The notes: a model not told the origin generated them from the sequence alone. DNA of 64,000 nt from Octopus sinensis (GCF_006345805.1 NC_042997.1:182714001-182778000), one strand, 5' to 3'; counted from the stretch's first letter, positions 26,080-38,959 are shown. Program-made: numbers and translations.

Positions 26080-26310
26080 CATTCAGATAGATAGAATAAA
26101 TAGACACTGTAGACCAGATATATAAATGACATGGAGGAAAAAGAACAGTTCATAATAGATGTGGTAATTCCTCTAGACAATGCAAACAAAAGTGAGAAAA
26201 GATCTCAAAATATGCTGAATTAAAAGAAGAAATATCAAGAATGTGGAGTTGGTCAACAACAAAAATGGAAGTCATACCACTTTTGTCCCACCTAGAATGG
26301 TTGGACATGT
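26080..26310 (+). mobile_element. R4/Dong-type LINE fragment (RLE endonuclease)
   Basis: Translates piecewise to HCRPDI, FIIDVVIP, KYAELKEEISRMW. Confidence 0.65.
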
Positions 26311-26559
26311 GAATGACAAATCTGGTATGCATTGCTGATGATGTTTAACAACACAGAAATGCAGTAACCAATGATTTGATGATGTCAATGGTGTAATGTG
26401 TCTTTACATGTTGTCAAAGAGGAAAAATTTCTTGTGAGACTATTTGTGCAGTGAAAGGTCTTCCCAAGTTTCAGTGTGCACAATTATGCTAAATATTATT
26501 ATATGTGCATATATTTTACTTAATGTTGTTCAGTGCAACAACATTAATGAAATAATTTG

Positions 26560-27428
26560 AACAAGCTTTATGCAATGCCTTCCTGAAATGAGAATGCACG
26601 GACAGTTTGAAAGGAATACACAAGATGTTAAGGATAAATCAGCATCATAGGCATGGCTTGAGCAAGGTAATTTGAAGTGTACCATCGAAAGCCTGATCAT
26701 TGCTGCACAAGACTAGTATCCCGCTACCAATTCAGTGAAGTATAACATCTGTAAAACTTCTGACACCCAGAAATGCAGACTCTGTGGAAAGAATGTGGAA
26801 AATGTGACCCACTTGGTAAGTGAATGTGAGAGCTTTGCACAAAACGAATACAAGTGCTGCCACGATAAAGTGTATGTGTATCTTCATTGGCTCTTATGCC
26901 GTAAATACTGATATGAAGTAGCAGAGAACTGGTATTACATGTTCCGAGTAAAGTTATGCAGGATGATGGATAATTAACGATACTCTGGGACTATGATTTT
27001 CAGACGTGTAATCGAACACCGTCAGCCAGATAATGTCATATTGAATAAGAGAGACAAATACTGTCAGATCGTTGATGTAGCCATACCAAATGACATGAAT
27101 GTTGTCAGTAAAGAGGTTGAAAAAAATCACCAAACTGAAAATGGAAATGGCAAGACTGTATGGAAATGGCAAGACTGTATGGAATATGAGAGGGTAATGT
27201 AAAAGTGATACCAGTGGTGATTGGAGTGTTGTGCTCAATTCCATTGAAACTTCAAAACTTTTTAAGGCAACTGGAAATCCCATGCAAGATTGATGTCTTA
27301 CAAAAAGCAGCCTTATTGGGTACAGCACACATCTTAATGAAAGTATTATCTGTCTGAGGTCCTTGTTGTGACTTGGCAGATGACTAAAGACTCCAGTGCA
27401 TTTTTACCTACACTGAGTTATGAAGGAA

Positions 27429-27430
<2 letters not shown>
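26560..27430 (+). mobile_element. R4/Dong-type LINE 3' fragment with (TAG)n tail
   Basis: MHGQF..WLEQGNLK..ESLIIAAQD, CCHC knuckle CRLCGKNVENVTHLVSEC, QPDNVIL..IVDVAIP (PD-D/ExK); followed by (TAG)n(CAG)n to ~27510. Confidence 0.85.
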
Positions 27431-27509
<79 letters not shown>

Positions 27510-27907
27510 TAATGCTAACAACAATGCTCTGTTTTATCAAGAGGGGAAAATTTGTAGGAAGTTCAACAATTGAAAAAAAATGTGCCCAGTTTGTTAGTAT
27601 ATTACTAGTACTTACTTTATCCATCCTGGAGGGATAAAAGGCTAAGTGAACATTGGTAATATTTGAACTTAGGATATAACAGGACAGCATTAAACATTGT
27701 ATGCTAACTAATCCAGTATGCCACTGGGGCTGAATCAACTGCAGTATATAACTGGTATTTATCCTTTTAACCCATAAGGGAGGATAAGCAAAATTAAACA
27801 TTGCAGTACCTGAATTTAGCAAAATGTAACTAAATATTGCAAAACAAGAGACCCCAAATAGAAAATAGAAGATAGCAAATATAGTACAGAAAAATCATAT
27901 TACAAAC

Positions 27908-27991
27908 CATGTATTTTTCAAATACATTTTTGACATTGTTTTGCAATGTAGATTTTCTTCTTGTGAGTTCATCAAGGACATTGATACCCGC
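27908..27991 (-). CDS. Exon 5 (AGINVLDELTRRKSTLQNNVKNVFEKYM)
   Basis: atattttcag acceptor, weak GTTTGT donor, 84 nt; joins in frame to exon 6 (EKYM|PGMW). Confidence 0.85.
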
Positions 27992-28699
27992 CTGAAAATA
28001 TATTTCATTGATAAAACATGAATTTAGACTTTAATAACAGGTAAAGAGTTATAGTTGTAAGGCATTCACAAAAATCTAATATTTAATTAGTCAATACCAT
28101 CAATTCTGATGCTTGACAGATACTTTCTTAATTGCCTTCAGTGGGAAGAAAGATAAAGCTGACCTCAACAGAACTTGAACTCAGAATATAAAGAGTTGGA
28201 AAGCATTTTCATTAACAATTCTGCCAGTTCACTGCCTTACACAGTTTCTGATTTAGACACAAAAGAAATCTGAGGGCTGAGGTACTCGCCAGGTACTTTA
28301 TTTTATCAACAGCAGAGGTATGAAAGGTAAAGCTGACTTTAGTGAAATTCAAACCCTGAACATAAGGAGCCAGGACAAATATCACAAGGTAGTTTGCATG
28401 TCACTTTAATGAGAGTCTGCCACCCACAACCTTAATAATCCTTTCTACTATAGGCATAAGGCCTGGAATTTTTGGGTGTGTGGGGTGGAGTTGATTACAT
28501 TGATACCAGTGCTTAACTGGTATGTATTTAATTGACCCTGAAAGGATGAAAAGCAAAGTTGCCTCTGATGACATTTGAACTCAGGACATAAAAATCCTGG
28601 GGAAATGCTGCAAAGCATCTTGTTTGATATGCTAACAATTCTGATAGCTCATGGCCTTAACAACAACAACAACAACACATAGCAACAACAACAACTAAC

Positions 28700-28807
28700 C
28701 TGATTAACAGCATACACGTCTGCATTACACCGCAACAAGGCCTCAACAAAAGTGGCATCAATTTCTTTCCCATTTTGCAGGTATGTCAAAAGTGGAATGG
28801 ATCCATC
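28700..28807 (-). CDS. Exon 4 (DGSIPLLTYLQNGKEIDATFVEALLRCNADVYAVNQ)
   Basis: AG acceptor, GTTAGT donor, 108 nt; one ankyrin-like repeat. Confidence 0.9.
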
Positions 28808-28946
28808 CTAACCGAGTTATAATAGAACAGAGTTTAGAAAAAATATATAAAAATAGATCTAAAGACTTCATAAATACAAGCAAGAAATCAAATATATATA
28901 TACATACATACATATATACATACATACATATATATATATGTATATA

Positions 28947-29088
28947 TAACAAAATAATAAGTAAAACATATGCATATATACATACATATATGTACGTACC
29001 TACATCTATATGTATATATATACAAATAGATGTAGGTATGTATATATATGTATGCATATATGCATATGTTTTATTTATTATTTTGTTA
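28947..29088. repeat. AT-rich inverted repeat, ~63-bp arms
   Basis: AACAAAATAATAAGTAAAACATATGC...CCTACATCTAT pairs with ATAGATGTAGG...TTATTATTTTGTT, about 4 mismatches. Confidence 0.85.
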
Positions 29089-30340
29089 TTATATGATGGA
29101 ACGCCACGCATCCTCTTCCAAGTAAGTTTTATATATATATATATATATACTGACATATGCATATGAGTATACACAAGCACACATACATATATATAAACAT
29201 ATGCACACACACATACACATATATAGGAGAAAGAAGACAAAACTGGCAGAAATTATTAGCAACAATCAAAGAAAAGTGGAGATAATTTTTAAAGAATTAA
29301 GACTGGTTTTTGCAAAAATATTAATTTACTTGTTCTTCCTTGTTATAGCATACATCTAATCCCTAATACGCATGTTCAGTTAGCATCTCTTTTACCCTTT
29401 TACAAAAAAGAGAAGTAAGGAATAGGTTAAGTCATGTGAACTGTGATCCCTACAGTGGCTGGTTGAAAGATGCTTAGGATTCCAGTCACTCACCTTTATT
29501 GTCACACAGCATGGCTTCTTTTATGGTTTTCTCTTGTAGTCATTTATTCAAACATGAGCCTACACCATAAGAAAAGTGTTATTTAATCTGTTAACCCCAA
29601 ATTAGCCCTGATCAAAGAGATCAATGATCAAAGATATTCTAGCCATGACCATCACAATTCTATCTTTTGAAATACCAAGATATACATTATCCAATGGCTT
29701 CTTTCTTTAACATGGTAGGTTGTGATTTGAGAGAAATCTGACTACTGTTTCTAGCAGATCAAGTAACTATATAGAGGCTTCCTCATTAACCTTTAACCTT
29801 AGTGTAGTAATTTAATTATGTTAATTAAGTACGGTAAGCCATTTCACACTCTAAGGCATGGCATATTGATTTCAAATTTTGGCACAAGGCCAACAGTTTT
29901 GAGGGAGAGTCCAAGACAATTAAATTGCCCCCAGTTCTCAAATGGTACTTATTTTACCAACCCTGAAAGGATGAAAGGCAAAGTGAACCTTGGCAGAATT
30001 TGAACTCAGAACACAGAGATGGATGAAACGCCACTAAGCATCTTGCCCAGTATGCTAATGATTCTGCCAGCTTGCTGCTTTAACCTGAGGTACTACATAT
30101 TGGTATTTGATATAACACTGAAAGATAATGTCACTTTAGCAATGGCATTCTGTTGCTGGTAGAATAACAGACAGAAACGGTCCATTTCCTCATCATTGTT
30201 GTCATTATGTGGAGCATCATTGCCAAAGTAATAATCTAAACTGCCTAAAACGGCTTAAGAAAATTTTAGTCATGATAATGAAAATGATGATTAATTTTCT
30301 TCAGGACATTACAATATACATAGTTAAATATGGCACTTAC

Positions 30341-30463
30341 TTTTGTATTTGGGTGATTGATATTCAGACCTGCATTCCGTAAGAGGTAGACAAGTTTAGT
30401 GGCTTCAGCTACACCACTTGGTTTCTCAACCAATCCATTGATGAGAGTATCAAAAAGGTCATC
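30341..30463 (-). CDS. Exon 3 (DDLFDTLINGLVEKPSGVAEATKLVYLLRNAGLNINHPNTK)
   Basis: tttccttttaattctag acceptor, GTAAGT donor, 123 nt; ends in ankyrin-like GLNINHPN. Confidence 0.9.
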
Positions 30464-30907
30464 CTAGAATTAAAAGGAAACACATGTAAAGGGATATTCC
30501 TCGAATACTTATAATTTATTAAATATTTAAAACAAATTTTGTATTATGAAATGAGGACATTTTTAGAATAATAAATATTTCTTTTTTTAATACTCTTGTT
30601 CTGAGGTTTATATCATAGCAGTTGCAAACATTATAATGCATCCTAAATGGGCGAAACCTGTCCAAATCTTAGCAGGTATGTGACAATGTACTTTTAGGAA
30701 GGTGGAAATACTATATTAATGAAAATTTCAAAACAATATATAGAGACCCAAGAACAGTGAGAAATAATTCTACAATCGTCCTTGGAATAACAGGTGCAAA
30801 TCAGAAAGAGACAGGAATAAGACAGAGAGGTGGAGAGGGGCAGAGAGAATGACAGAAAGGGGAGAGAAAGATACATTCATAAGATCTTTTGGATTTTTAC
30901 ACTTTCA

Positions 30908-30910
<3 letters not shown>

Positions 30911-30990
<80 letters not shown>

Positions 30991-31011
30991 ATAATTGATG
31001 ACTTATAAGAC

Positions 31012-31047
<36 letters not shown>

Positions 31048-31066
31048 TAATAATAATAATAATAAG
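30911..31066. repeat. Compound (TG)n(AG)n and (AAT)n microsatellites
   Basis: Directly visible. Confidence 0.95.
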
Positions 31067-31328
31067 TTAATAATTAACTCTTTGAAAGCAGAAATTGGAT
31101 ATATCTGCTTGAAATTTTATTACTGTTAATTGTGGAAAGTGGTTTTACCTTCAGGTCTGACTACAGCCAATTTCTTCCATAAGGAGAGAGACAGGCAGAC
31201 AGACAGAAAGAAAAAGAGGGAGGGAATGAGGACAATTGATTCTATATTGAACTAGTACTTTATTTATTCCCTAAAACAATGAAAGGAAAATTTGATCTAG
31301 ATGAGTGCACAGAGCCAGAACAAATACC

Positions 31329-31553
31329 TATTTCTTTACTACCCACAAGGGGCCAAACACAGAGAGGACAAACAAGGACAGACACACAGATTAAGTCGAT
31401 TACATCGATCCCAGTGTGTAACTGGTACTTATTTAATCAACCCCGAAAGGATGAAAGGCAAAGTCGACCTCGGAATTTGAACTCAGAATGTAGCAGCAGA
31501 CAAAATACCGCTGAGCATTTCGCCTGGCATGCTAACGATTCTGCCAGCTCGCT
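31329..31553 (-). mobile_element. SINE family A copy
   Basis: Closely similar to 5308-5546; 15-bp TSD GCCAGAACAAATACC at 31314-31328 and 31554-31568. Confidence 0.85.
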
Positions 31554-31757
31554 GCCAGAACAAATACCATAAAACAACTTATCTGATGCTGTAACGATTC
31601 AGTTAATTCACCACCTATACGAGTTGCTTATCAAAGTAATGAATGCATGATATGGTCTAGCAATTTATCCCATCATATCAGTAGTAATTATTTCATCAAG
31701 TGAGAAAAGAATTTAGTTTGAGTGAACTTGATAGGATTTGAACTCAAAATTTTAAAC

Positions 31758-31910
31758 TATAGTCGGTAGAGCATCAGACTTTTGATCGCTAAGTTAGCAA
31801 GTGATCTGGGGGGCGTGGGTTCGAGTCCCCCCTGTGGGTGAATGCTTTTATTTTAAATGGCGGTGCATCAGCATGGCCGCAGCTCTGAGCTGAAACTAGA
31901 GAGAAAAAAA
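31758..31910 (+). pseudogene. tRNA-Lys(TTT)-like pseudogene / SINE head with 19-nt intron-like insert and SINE-type 3' tail
   Basis: AGTCGGTAGAGCATCAGACTTTT matches the tRNA-Lys D and anticodon arms; GGGTTCGAGTCCC T-arm; 5' acceptor strand missing; tail GGCGGTGCATCAGCATGGCCGCAG shared with family C SINEs. Confidence 0.6.
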
Positions 31911-32264
31911 AAAGGACCAGGAGATGGGGCAATTTGCTGTACTTAATAAGACACTTCAAGTTAAATAAAATTGCTGTCTTCCACACACACAAGCTTGTCC
32001 TTTCAGGTGCTTGTGCTACATCAACACACCTGTGCCAGTGCTATGTTAGCACACCCATGCTAGTGCTACGTAACTGCACTTGTCCCAATGGCACATAGAA
32101 AACACTCAGCACACTCTGTTCAGCGGTTGGCATTAGGAAGGACATCTAACCATAGAAACCATGCTACAACAGACAGTTGGAGCCTGGACAGCTACCTGCT
32201 AGCCAGCTCCATGTCAACCGTCCAACCCATGCCAGCATAGAAAGTGAACATTAAACAATGATCA

Positions 32265-32570
32265 TCATCATTATCATCGTTTAACATCCGCTTTCCATGC
32301 TAGCATGGGTTGGATGATTTTGACTGAGGGCTGGCGAACCAGATGACTGCACCAGGCTCCAATCTTGATTTGGCAGAGTTTCTACAGCTGGATGCCCTTC
32401 CTAACGCCAACCACTCCGAGAGTGTAGTGGGTGCTTTTTACGTGCCACTGGCACGGGGGCCAGTCAGGTAGTACTGGCAATGACCTCACCCGAATCCTTT
32501 TACACATGCCACCAGCACAGGTGCCAGTTGGTAACGACCACGCTCGAGGCGACGTTGGTAATAGTAATAT
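32265..32570 (-). mobile_element. Family B (RTE 3'-tail) copy
   Basis: Same diagnostic block and tail. Confidence 0.8.
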
Positions 32571-32639
32571 ATTATAGAACTGGTCCACTGTTTGTCTTTA
32601 AACTTAGCAGTTATATACTAGGTTTAGTTATATACCATC

Positions 32640-32846
32640 AATCCTTTAACATTTAAACCAGCCATATTAGGCCCAAATATTCTACCTGGTTTATGGTCAA
32701 ACCAACTAGATCTGACCTCTCACACCTACCCAACAATATCATTCTATAAATAATCACACCTTTAAAATCTTAAAACTGTGAGATAATGCATGATTAATTC
32801 AAAACAATATGAATAAATAAACATTAGCCTGAAAGTTAAAGAGTTA
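32640..32846. mobile_element. Second, decayed piggyBac-like MITE
   Basis: Ends resemble TCCTTTAAC...GTTAAAGAG-TTAA. Confidence 0.45.
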
Positions 32847-33256
32847 ATTAATACAACTTATTTTGTACTTATTAGAATTAGGATGCATAGTAGATGTTTG
32901 TGTTACAATAATGCTAAGACCATTACTGACCCCTTGAAATGTCTCCTCATTGACTAGTTTTCCACACAAAATATTTTATAGCTGGATGCTTTTACTTACT
33001 GTCAAACATTATTTAACTTTAAGGTAACTTATTGCATTCTAATATATTTCTAATGATTGCATCACAATACTGTATTTTATATTTCTGCTTCTTGAATGTA
33101 TGCTGATTGTAATTGTAAAAATGACTTCTAACCATGGTTACAGTTATGATGAGACAGAGCCATCTAACCCATGAAAGTGGAAAATCAAACATTGAATGAA
33201 ATCATGGATGATGAAAACCATGATGATGACAACAATGATGATGATGGTGATTATGA

Positions 33257-33366
33257 TAACTAAATATGGCAAAACAAAAGACCCCCAAATAGAAAATAGA
33301 AGATAGCAAATATAGTACAGAAAAATCATATTATAAACCATATATTTTTCAAATACATTTTTGACA
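33257..33366. repeat. ~110-bp dispersed duplicate of 27827-27935 (3' end of exon 5 plus adjacent intron)
   Basis: Direct alignment with only a handful of differences; both encode VKNVFEKYM on the minus strand. Confidence 0.9.
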
Positions 33367-33464
33367 ATGGCAATGATAGCAACTAAGATAGCAGCTAACA
33401 ATTCAATGTTAGTTTTTTTTTTTTTTATAAAAGCGTCGTAAATTACATATTATTAATGACTTAC

Positions 33465-33548
33465 TTGCTGTTCTGATATCAGCGTTTCTCCATAGAGAAT
33501 ATCCTTGGAATTGTCTGGGTTCAGCTGTCTCACATACTCATACAGTTC
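33465..33548 (-). CDS. Exon 2 (ELYEYVRQLNPDNSKDILYGETLISEQQ)
   Basis: ttttattttag acceptor, GTAAGT donor, 84 nt, open frame. Confidence 0.85.
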
Positions 33549-33594
33549 CTAAAATAAAAAGATAAATAATCATTAATAGCACTGTGTATGTGTG

Positions 33595-33647
<53 letters not shown>

Positions 33648-33649
<2 letters not shown>

Positions 33650-34210
33650 TGGCTGCCTCCTCGTTATCGAGTATGGCCATTGCACAAAGCTTAATCAATG
33701 TTGTTATCGTGCAATGCCTGTGCAAGAAGATTTTTTTTTAAAGTGGGGAAAGGCTGTGCACTGAGTCAACCCCACTCACTAAGCAACAGCAGCCATAATC
33801 CGAAAAGAAGAACAAGTCAACATCATCGGTAACCACAGAGCCGCAGGTTTTATATTGGAGTTATCCCAGTTACCTGAGTTACCTTCTCCTAGAAGGATGC
33901 CCTAACAAAGGCTAGGAGTCCTTCACTCCCAATGGTTTAACTGCGCGATCGGATATTCAGTCTGATTATTTCTATGTCCCCGTGCATGATCCAGCCTTAA
34001 GACATTTATTGGATGGCCGTTGACTCTCAAGAGTTCCTCTGCCCTTTGACGGGTTTTGTTTTTCATCCCGCAGGGTGTCCAATAAACACCCTCCTCACCA
34101 AGCTCGCGAGCTTGGTGAGGTTGCCAGTTTAGTCACCGACGACCCGACCATGTAACAGGTTGTACTGGGTTACATGTTACCAGTAGCACTCGAAAGTGAC
34201 CTGACACTAA
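33648..34210. mobile_element. Unclassified GC-richer interspersed repeat between (TA)n and (CA)n tracts
   Basis: Abrupt CpG-containing block with sharp microsatellite borders; class not determined. Confidence 0.4.
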
Positions 34211-34213
34211 TAT

Positions 34214-34272
<59 letters not shown>

Positions 34273-34771
34273 CAATTCAATAAAGAAAGATGTTATTCAC
34301 ACCATATAGAAAACATATGCTATAAAAAACCTTATTTTAAAAATCAATAAAGTACAATAAATAGTAAATAGTAGTAAAAATTTGAAACCAATATATATAT
34401 ATATGTATTGGTTTCAAATTTTGGCACAATGCCAGAAAGTTCAGGGAAAGGGATATGTTGATTACATTGATCCTACTGCTCGATTGTTACTTATTTTATC
34501 AACCCCAAAAGGATGAAATGTGAAGTCAACCATGGTAGAATGTGAACTGAAAACATCATGATAAATGAAATGCCACCAAGCATTTTGCCAGGTATGGTAA
34601 AAATTCTGCCAGCTCACCATCTTATACATATTTATTAATTACAATATTAGCATCTCATAGAAAGATAGATAAAGACACAAACACATATGCACAGCAAATG
34701 TCACCTGTTAGCATTGCTTGTGATTCTCAAATAAATTATGAAGAGAAATGACAATGGTTTAGGATCCTTAA

Positions 34772-34993
34772 CCCTTTTGTTACTGTATTTATTTTGAGAT
34801 GCTCTGTGTTTCTTTCAATTAGTTTTAAATATAGCAAATGATTTAGTAAAATAACTTAGTTATCATTAAGCTAGTGTTAGGAACATAAATTGTGACTAAG
34901 GTTTGGTGGAAGATTTTTATTCAAAATTTATGAAAACAAGACATTTGTACTACAGAGCCAGAGCTGGTTTCAGCCGGGTTGTTAATGAAAGGG
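34772..34993 (+). mobile_element. piggyBac-type MITE, same family
   Basis: TTAA flanks, CCCTTT..AAAGGG TIRs, internal sequence matches 5702-5921. Confidence 0.8.
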
Positions 34994-35599
34994 TTAATGT
35001 CTGATGTATTAGTCTAGTGGATAATGGCCTGAAACATAAATCAAGTCAAAATCATAACTGAACAGAAAACCATTTATTACAGTGGAAATCTGTCTGTCTG
35101 TCAGTCTGTCTCTGCTCAACAGTTGAAAATTAGTATATGTTCCTGTTGGCAGAAAGGTTAGAGATTCTCCTGTTATGTATGAGCTTGACAATATTTTACA
35201 CTTCCTATCATCAACCACTTTACAGCATTGCTAGGGTGCACTATTGATGCCACCAGCAGTATAGAGGTTGATTTCCAGGATTACAGTGTTTTCTTCACAC
35301 TCAGTTTTTATTCAGAGTAGCTGCTCCCTTTGATGGATTGCTTGGAGAGGACACTTTCATCTTGAAAGACAACATCTATAGTGCTGGTGACAAAAAAAAA
35401 AAAAAATGCACCTAGTCCATGCTGTAAAATGATTGTGATTGAAAAGGTATCCAACCCAGAAAACAATAACAAACTCTAAGATTTTTCAATTCTATTTTAC
35501 TATTATCGACATTTGCTGTTTCATTAAATTATGCTACCCAAATCACAAAAGAATATTTTTCTCCCTCGTGTTTTGACCACCCTAACTCTGGAACCCCTC

Positions 35600-38500
35600 T
35601 CTCTCTGTGCCTCACTCTGTTTCTCTCACTTGGCCTCACTCTGTCTGTCTGTCTCTCTTTCGATTACCACTTGCTTCGCCAAGATTTCCTCCACCAACCC
35701 CGCCCCCATGCTATATAAACTAGAGCACACACTCAGATTCCCCTACTCAATTTTTAATACCTCCACCAAAAGAATACGTATTCAGAAGATGCACTCATCT
35801 AAATTTTCTAGTTCACAGTATGCCCGCCCTCCCACCCCTCCACCTGTACCGGAAGTTCCTATCCCCTGTCATCCTGTGATTGTCTCCCATGAACACTTCT
35901 AAAGGCTTTATGCCATCCCCACCCCTACTTAGGGTTTATCTCCTATGTAAGGTAGTGATCATATAGTGCATAAATATGATGGTGTAGTGTATGCAGGTTG
36001 AATTGAAGGCTATTGTTTGTTTTTGAATTCTTCCAAATGCGAGCTTTCTTTTCAGGTACATGATGCTGTTGTCCCCCGTCCCAGGGTCTCATGAGCCCAC
36101 ACCTCCCACATCCTCAGGGTTGGCACTCTCAACGTCGGCACACTGAAAGGTAGGTCTGGTGAGATTGTTGAGATGCTTGAATGGAGATGTGTCGATTTGT
36201 GCTGCCTCTAAGAAGTAAGGTGGAGAGGAGGTTTGCCTAGGTTCTTCACAGGTAAAGAACATAGGTACAAGATTTTCTGGGCAGGGAACACTGACGGGGT
36301 TGGGGGTGTGGGTTTACGTCTTGCAGAGAAATGGGTTGATAAAGTAATTAAGGTAGTCAGTGTATGTGACAGAATACTTAAGATTAGATTAGTGCTTCAT
36401 CATGGGTTAGCAACCATTATCTCAGCCTATGCCCCTCAGCCGGGGTTACCTGATAGACAGAAAGACCGATTTTATGACTACATCATTGATGAATGACAGG
36501 GACCTTCTCTTTGTGGCTGGTGACTTTAATGGACATGTTGGACAATATACAGGGGGCTTCCATGGCGTACATGGAGGCTGCGGTTTTGGTTCCCGCAATA
36601 AGGAGGGAACCAGGCTGCTGGAGTTCTGTGGTGCAAATGATCTTAGGATTTGCAATACTAACTTCAGGAAACCTGCAAGTCACCTAGTCACCCACTGTTC
36701 TGGCAGACACACTAGCCAAATTGACTACATCCTTGCCAGAAAAAGGGAAAACCAGCTGCTTATAAATGCCAAAACCTTCCCAGGTGAAGAATGTATCCCA
36801 CAACATAGACTAGTAGTTAACAACTTCAGGATCAGGGCTAAATGGATGCCCAGAAGACGATCAGCATGAAGAAGAAGGGTCTGGAAGCTTAAAGATCCTG
36901 TGAATGGACAGAGATTTAGAGAAGCCTTTGATGAAATAGAAGGGGATATAGCTTCACACAATGTGGAAGACAACAGGAGGTTTTTATGAGACAACCTGCT
37001 GAGGGCCACTGACCAGATCTGTGGATGGTGCAAAGTCCTCTCTCGACCCAAAATAACATGGTGGTGGAACAATGTTGATGACAGGGCTATTAGAGTAAAG
37101 AAACTGGCTTGGAAGGACTGGAAGAACAGTGATAGCAGGGAATTGTATCAGACTGCCAGGAGGGAAGCTAGGAGACAGGTTTATTTAGCCAGAGGGGAAG
37201 CAGATAACAAAAAATTTGCCAATGTTCTGTACCGTGAGGACCAGAGTCTTGAGGTACTTCGTGTTGCAAGACAGTGTGTGAGAAAGAATCATGATATTGT
37301 AGGAGAGAAATATGTCCACATGGATGATGGTTCTCTTGCACTAAATGAGGCTGCAAAGAGAGAGGTTTGGAGACACCACTCTGAAAGTTTGCTCAATAAA
37401 GAGAATGAATGGAAGAAAGAGAGTTTGCCAAATGTCAACCCAACAAAGGGACCAGCTATCTGAGTTGACAGTACCTTGGTAGATAAAGCAATTAAGAGTA
37501 TGAAGACAGGGAAAGGCCCCAGCCCATCAGGAATCACTGCAGAGATGCTCAAAATATCTGGCAGTGTTGGCTATAGCCTAGTCACCTGTATAGTTAACCA
37601 GGTGATACACGAAGAGTCATACCCAATGACTGGTGTAGCAGCACCATAGTCAACTGCTACAAAGGTAAAAGTGATGCTTTAGATAGAAATAATTACAGAA
37701 GTATCAAGGGAGAAAAACTAGAAGTAGTTGATAGCTTCCGTTACCTGGGTGACCAAGTCAGTAGCAGGGGTGGGTGCACTGAAAGTGTAGCTGCTAGAAT
37801 AAGAATAGCCTGGGAAAAGTTCAGAGAGCTCTTACCTCTGCTGGTGACAAAGGGCCTCTTGCTCAGAGTAAAAGGTAGACTGTATTACGCAAGTGTATGA
37901 ACAGCCACACTACATGGCAGTGAAACATGAGCCATGACTGCTGAGGACATGCATAAGCTTGCAAGGAATGAAACCAGTATGCTCCACTGGATGTGTAATG
38001 CCTGTGTGCATACTCGACAGAAAAAAGTTGGACCTAAGAAGCATCAAATGTGGTGTGCAAGAGAGATGACTGCACTAGTATGGACATGTGGCGAGAATGG
38101 ATGAGGATAGCTATGTGAAAATGTACCACACCCTAGCGGTTGAGGGAACCTGTGGAAGAGGTAGACCCAGGAAGACCTGGGATGAGGTGGTGAAGCATGA
38201 CCTTCAAACATTAGGCTTCACCAAGGCAATGACTAGTGACTGAGACCTTTGGAAATATGCTGTGCTTGAGAAAACCCGGCAAGCCAAGTGAGATCATAAC
38301 TCATGTCCTATGCCAGGGGTATAACCAGCCCACTTATGCGTACCTTTCCTTCATTGGACACTAAACTCTACTTGCGAAGATCTGTTGAAATCAAATTCGA
38401 TGACTGGCATCTGTGCAAGTGGAGCGCTAAGAGCACCATCCAAGCGTGATCGTTGCCAGAGCAGCTGACTGGCTTCCATGCCGGTGGCACGTAAAAAGCA

Positions 38501-38830
38501 CCATTCGAGCGTGATCATTACCAGTGACGCCTTACTGGCACGTGATAAAAATATTTGACGAAGGTCGTTGCCAGTGCCGCTAGATTGGCTCCTGTACAGG
38601 TGGCATGTAAAAAACACCATGGAGAGTGACCATTGCCAGTACCACCTGACTGGCACGTAAAAGCACCCACTACACTCTCGGAGTGGTTGGCGTCAGGAAG
38701 GGCATCCAGCTGTAGAAACTCTGCCAGATCAAGACTGGAGCCTGGTGCAGCCATCTGGTTCGCCAATCCTCAGTCAAATTGTCCAACCCATACCAGCATG
38801 AAAGCGGATGTTAAACAATGATGATGATAT
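35600..38830 (+). mobile_element. RTE-clade LINE, decayed, RT core deleted
   Basis: APE endonuclease (LRVGTLNVGTLKG, ISAYAPQ, VAGDFNGHVG, SQIDYIL, QHRLVV), KAPGPSG-like and NYRSIK motifs, then GEKLEVVDSFRYLG, GRGRPRKTW, family B 3'UTR and (GAT)n tail; many stops and frameshifts; 5' boundary approximate. Confidence 0.88.
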
Positions 38831-38896
38831 ATATATATATATATACACACATATATACATACACATATATACATATATATACACACATATATTTAT

Positions 38897-38957
<61 letters not shown>

Positions 38958-38959
38958 CA

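Noticed and set aside
30100-30270. Open minus-strand stretch GSLDYYFGNDAPHNDNNDEEMDRF
   Set aside because: Splice phase incompatible with exon 3; exons 3 and 4 already join into a clean ankyrin motif.
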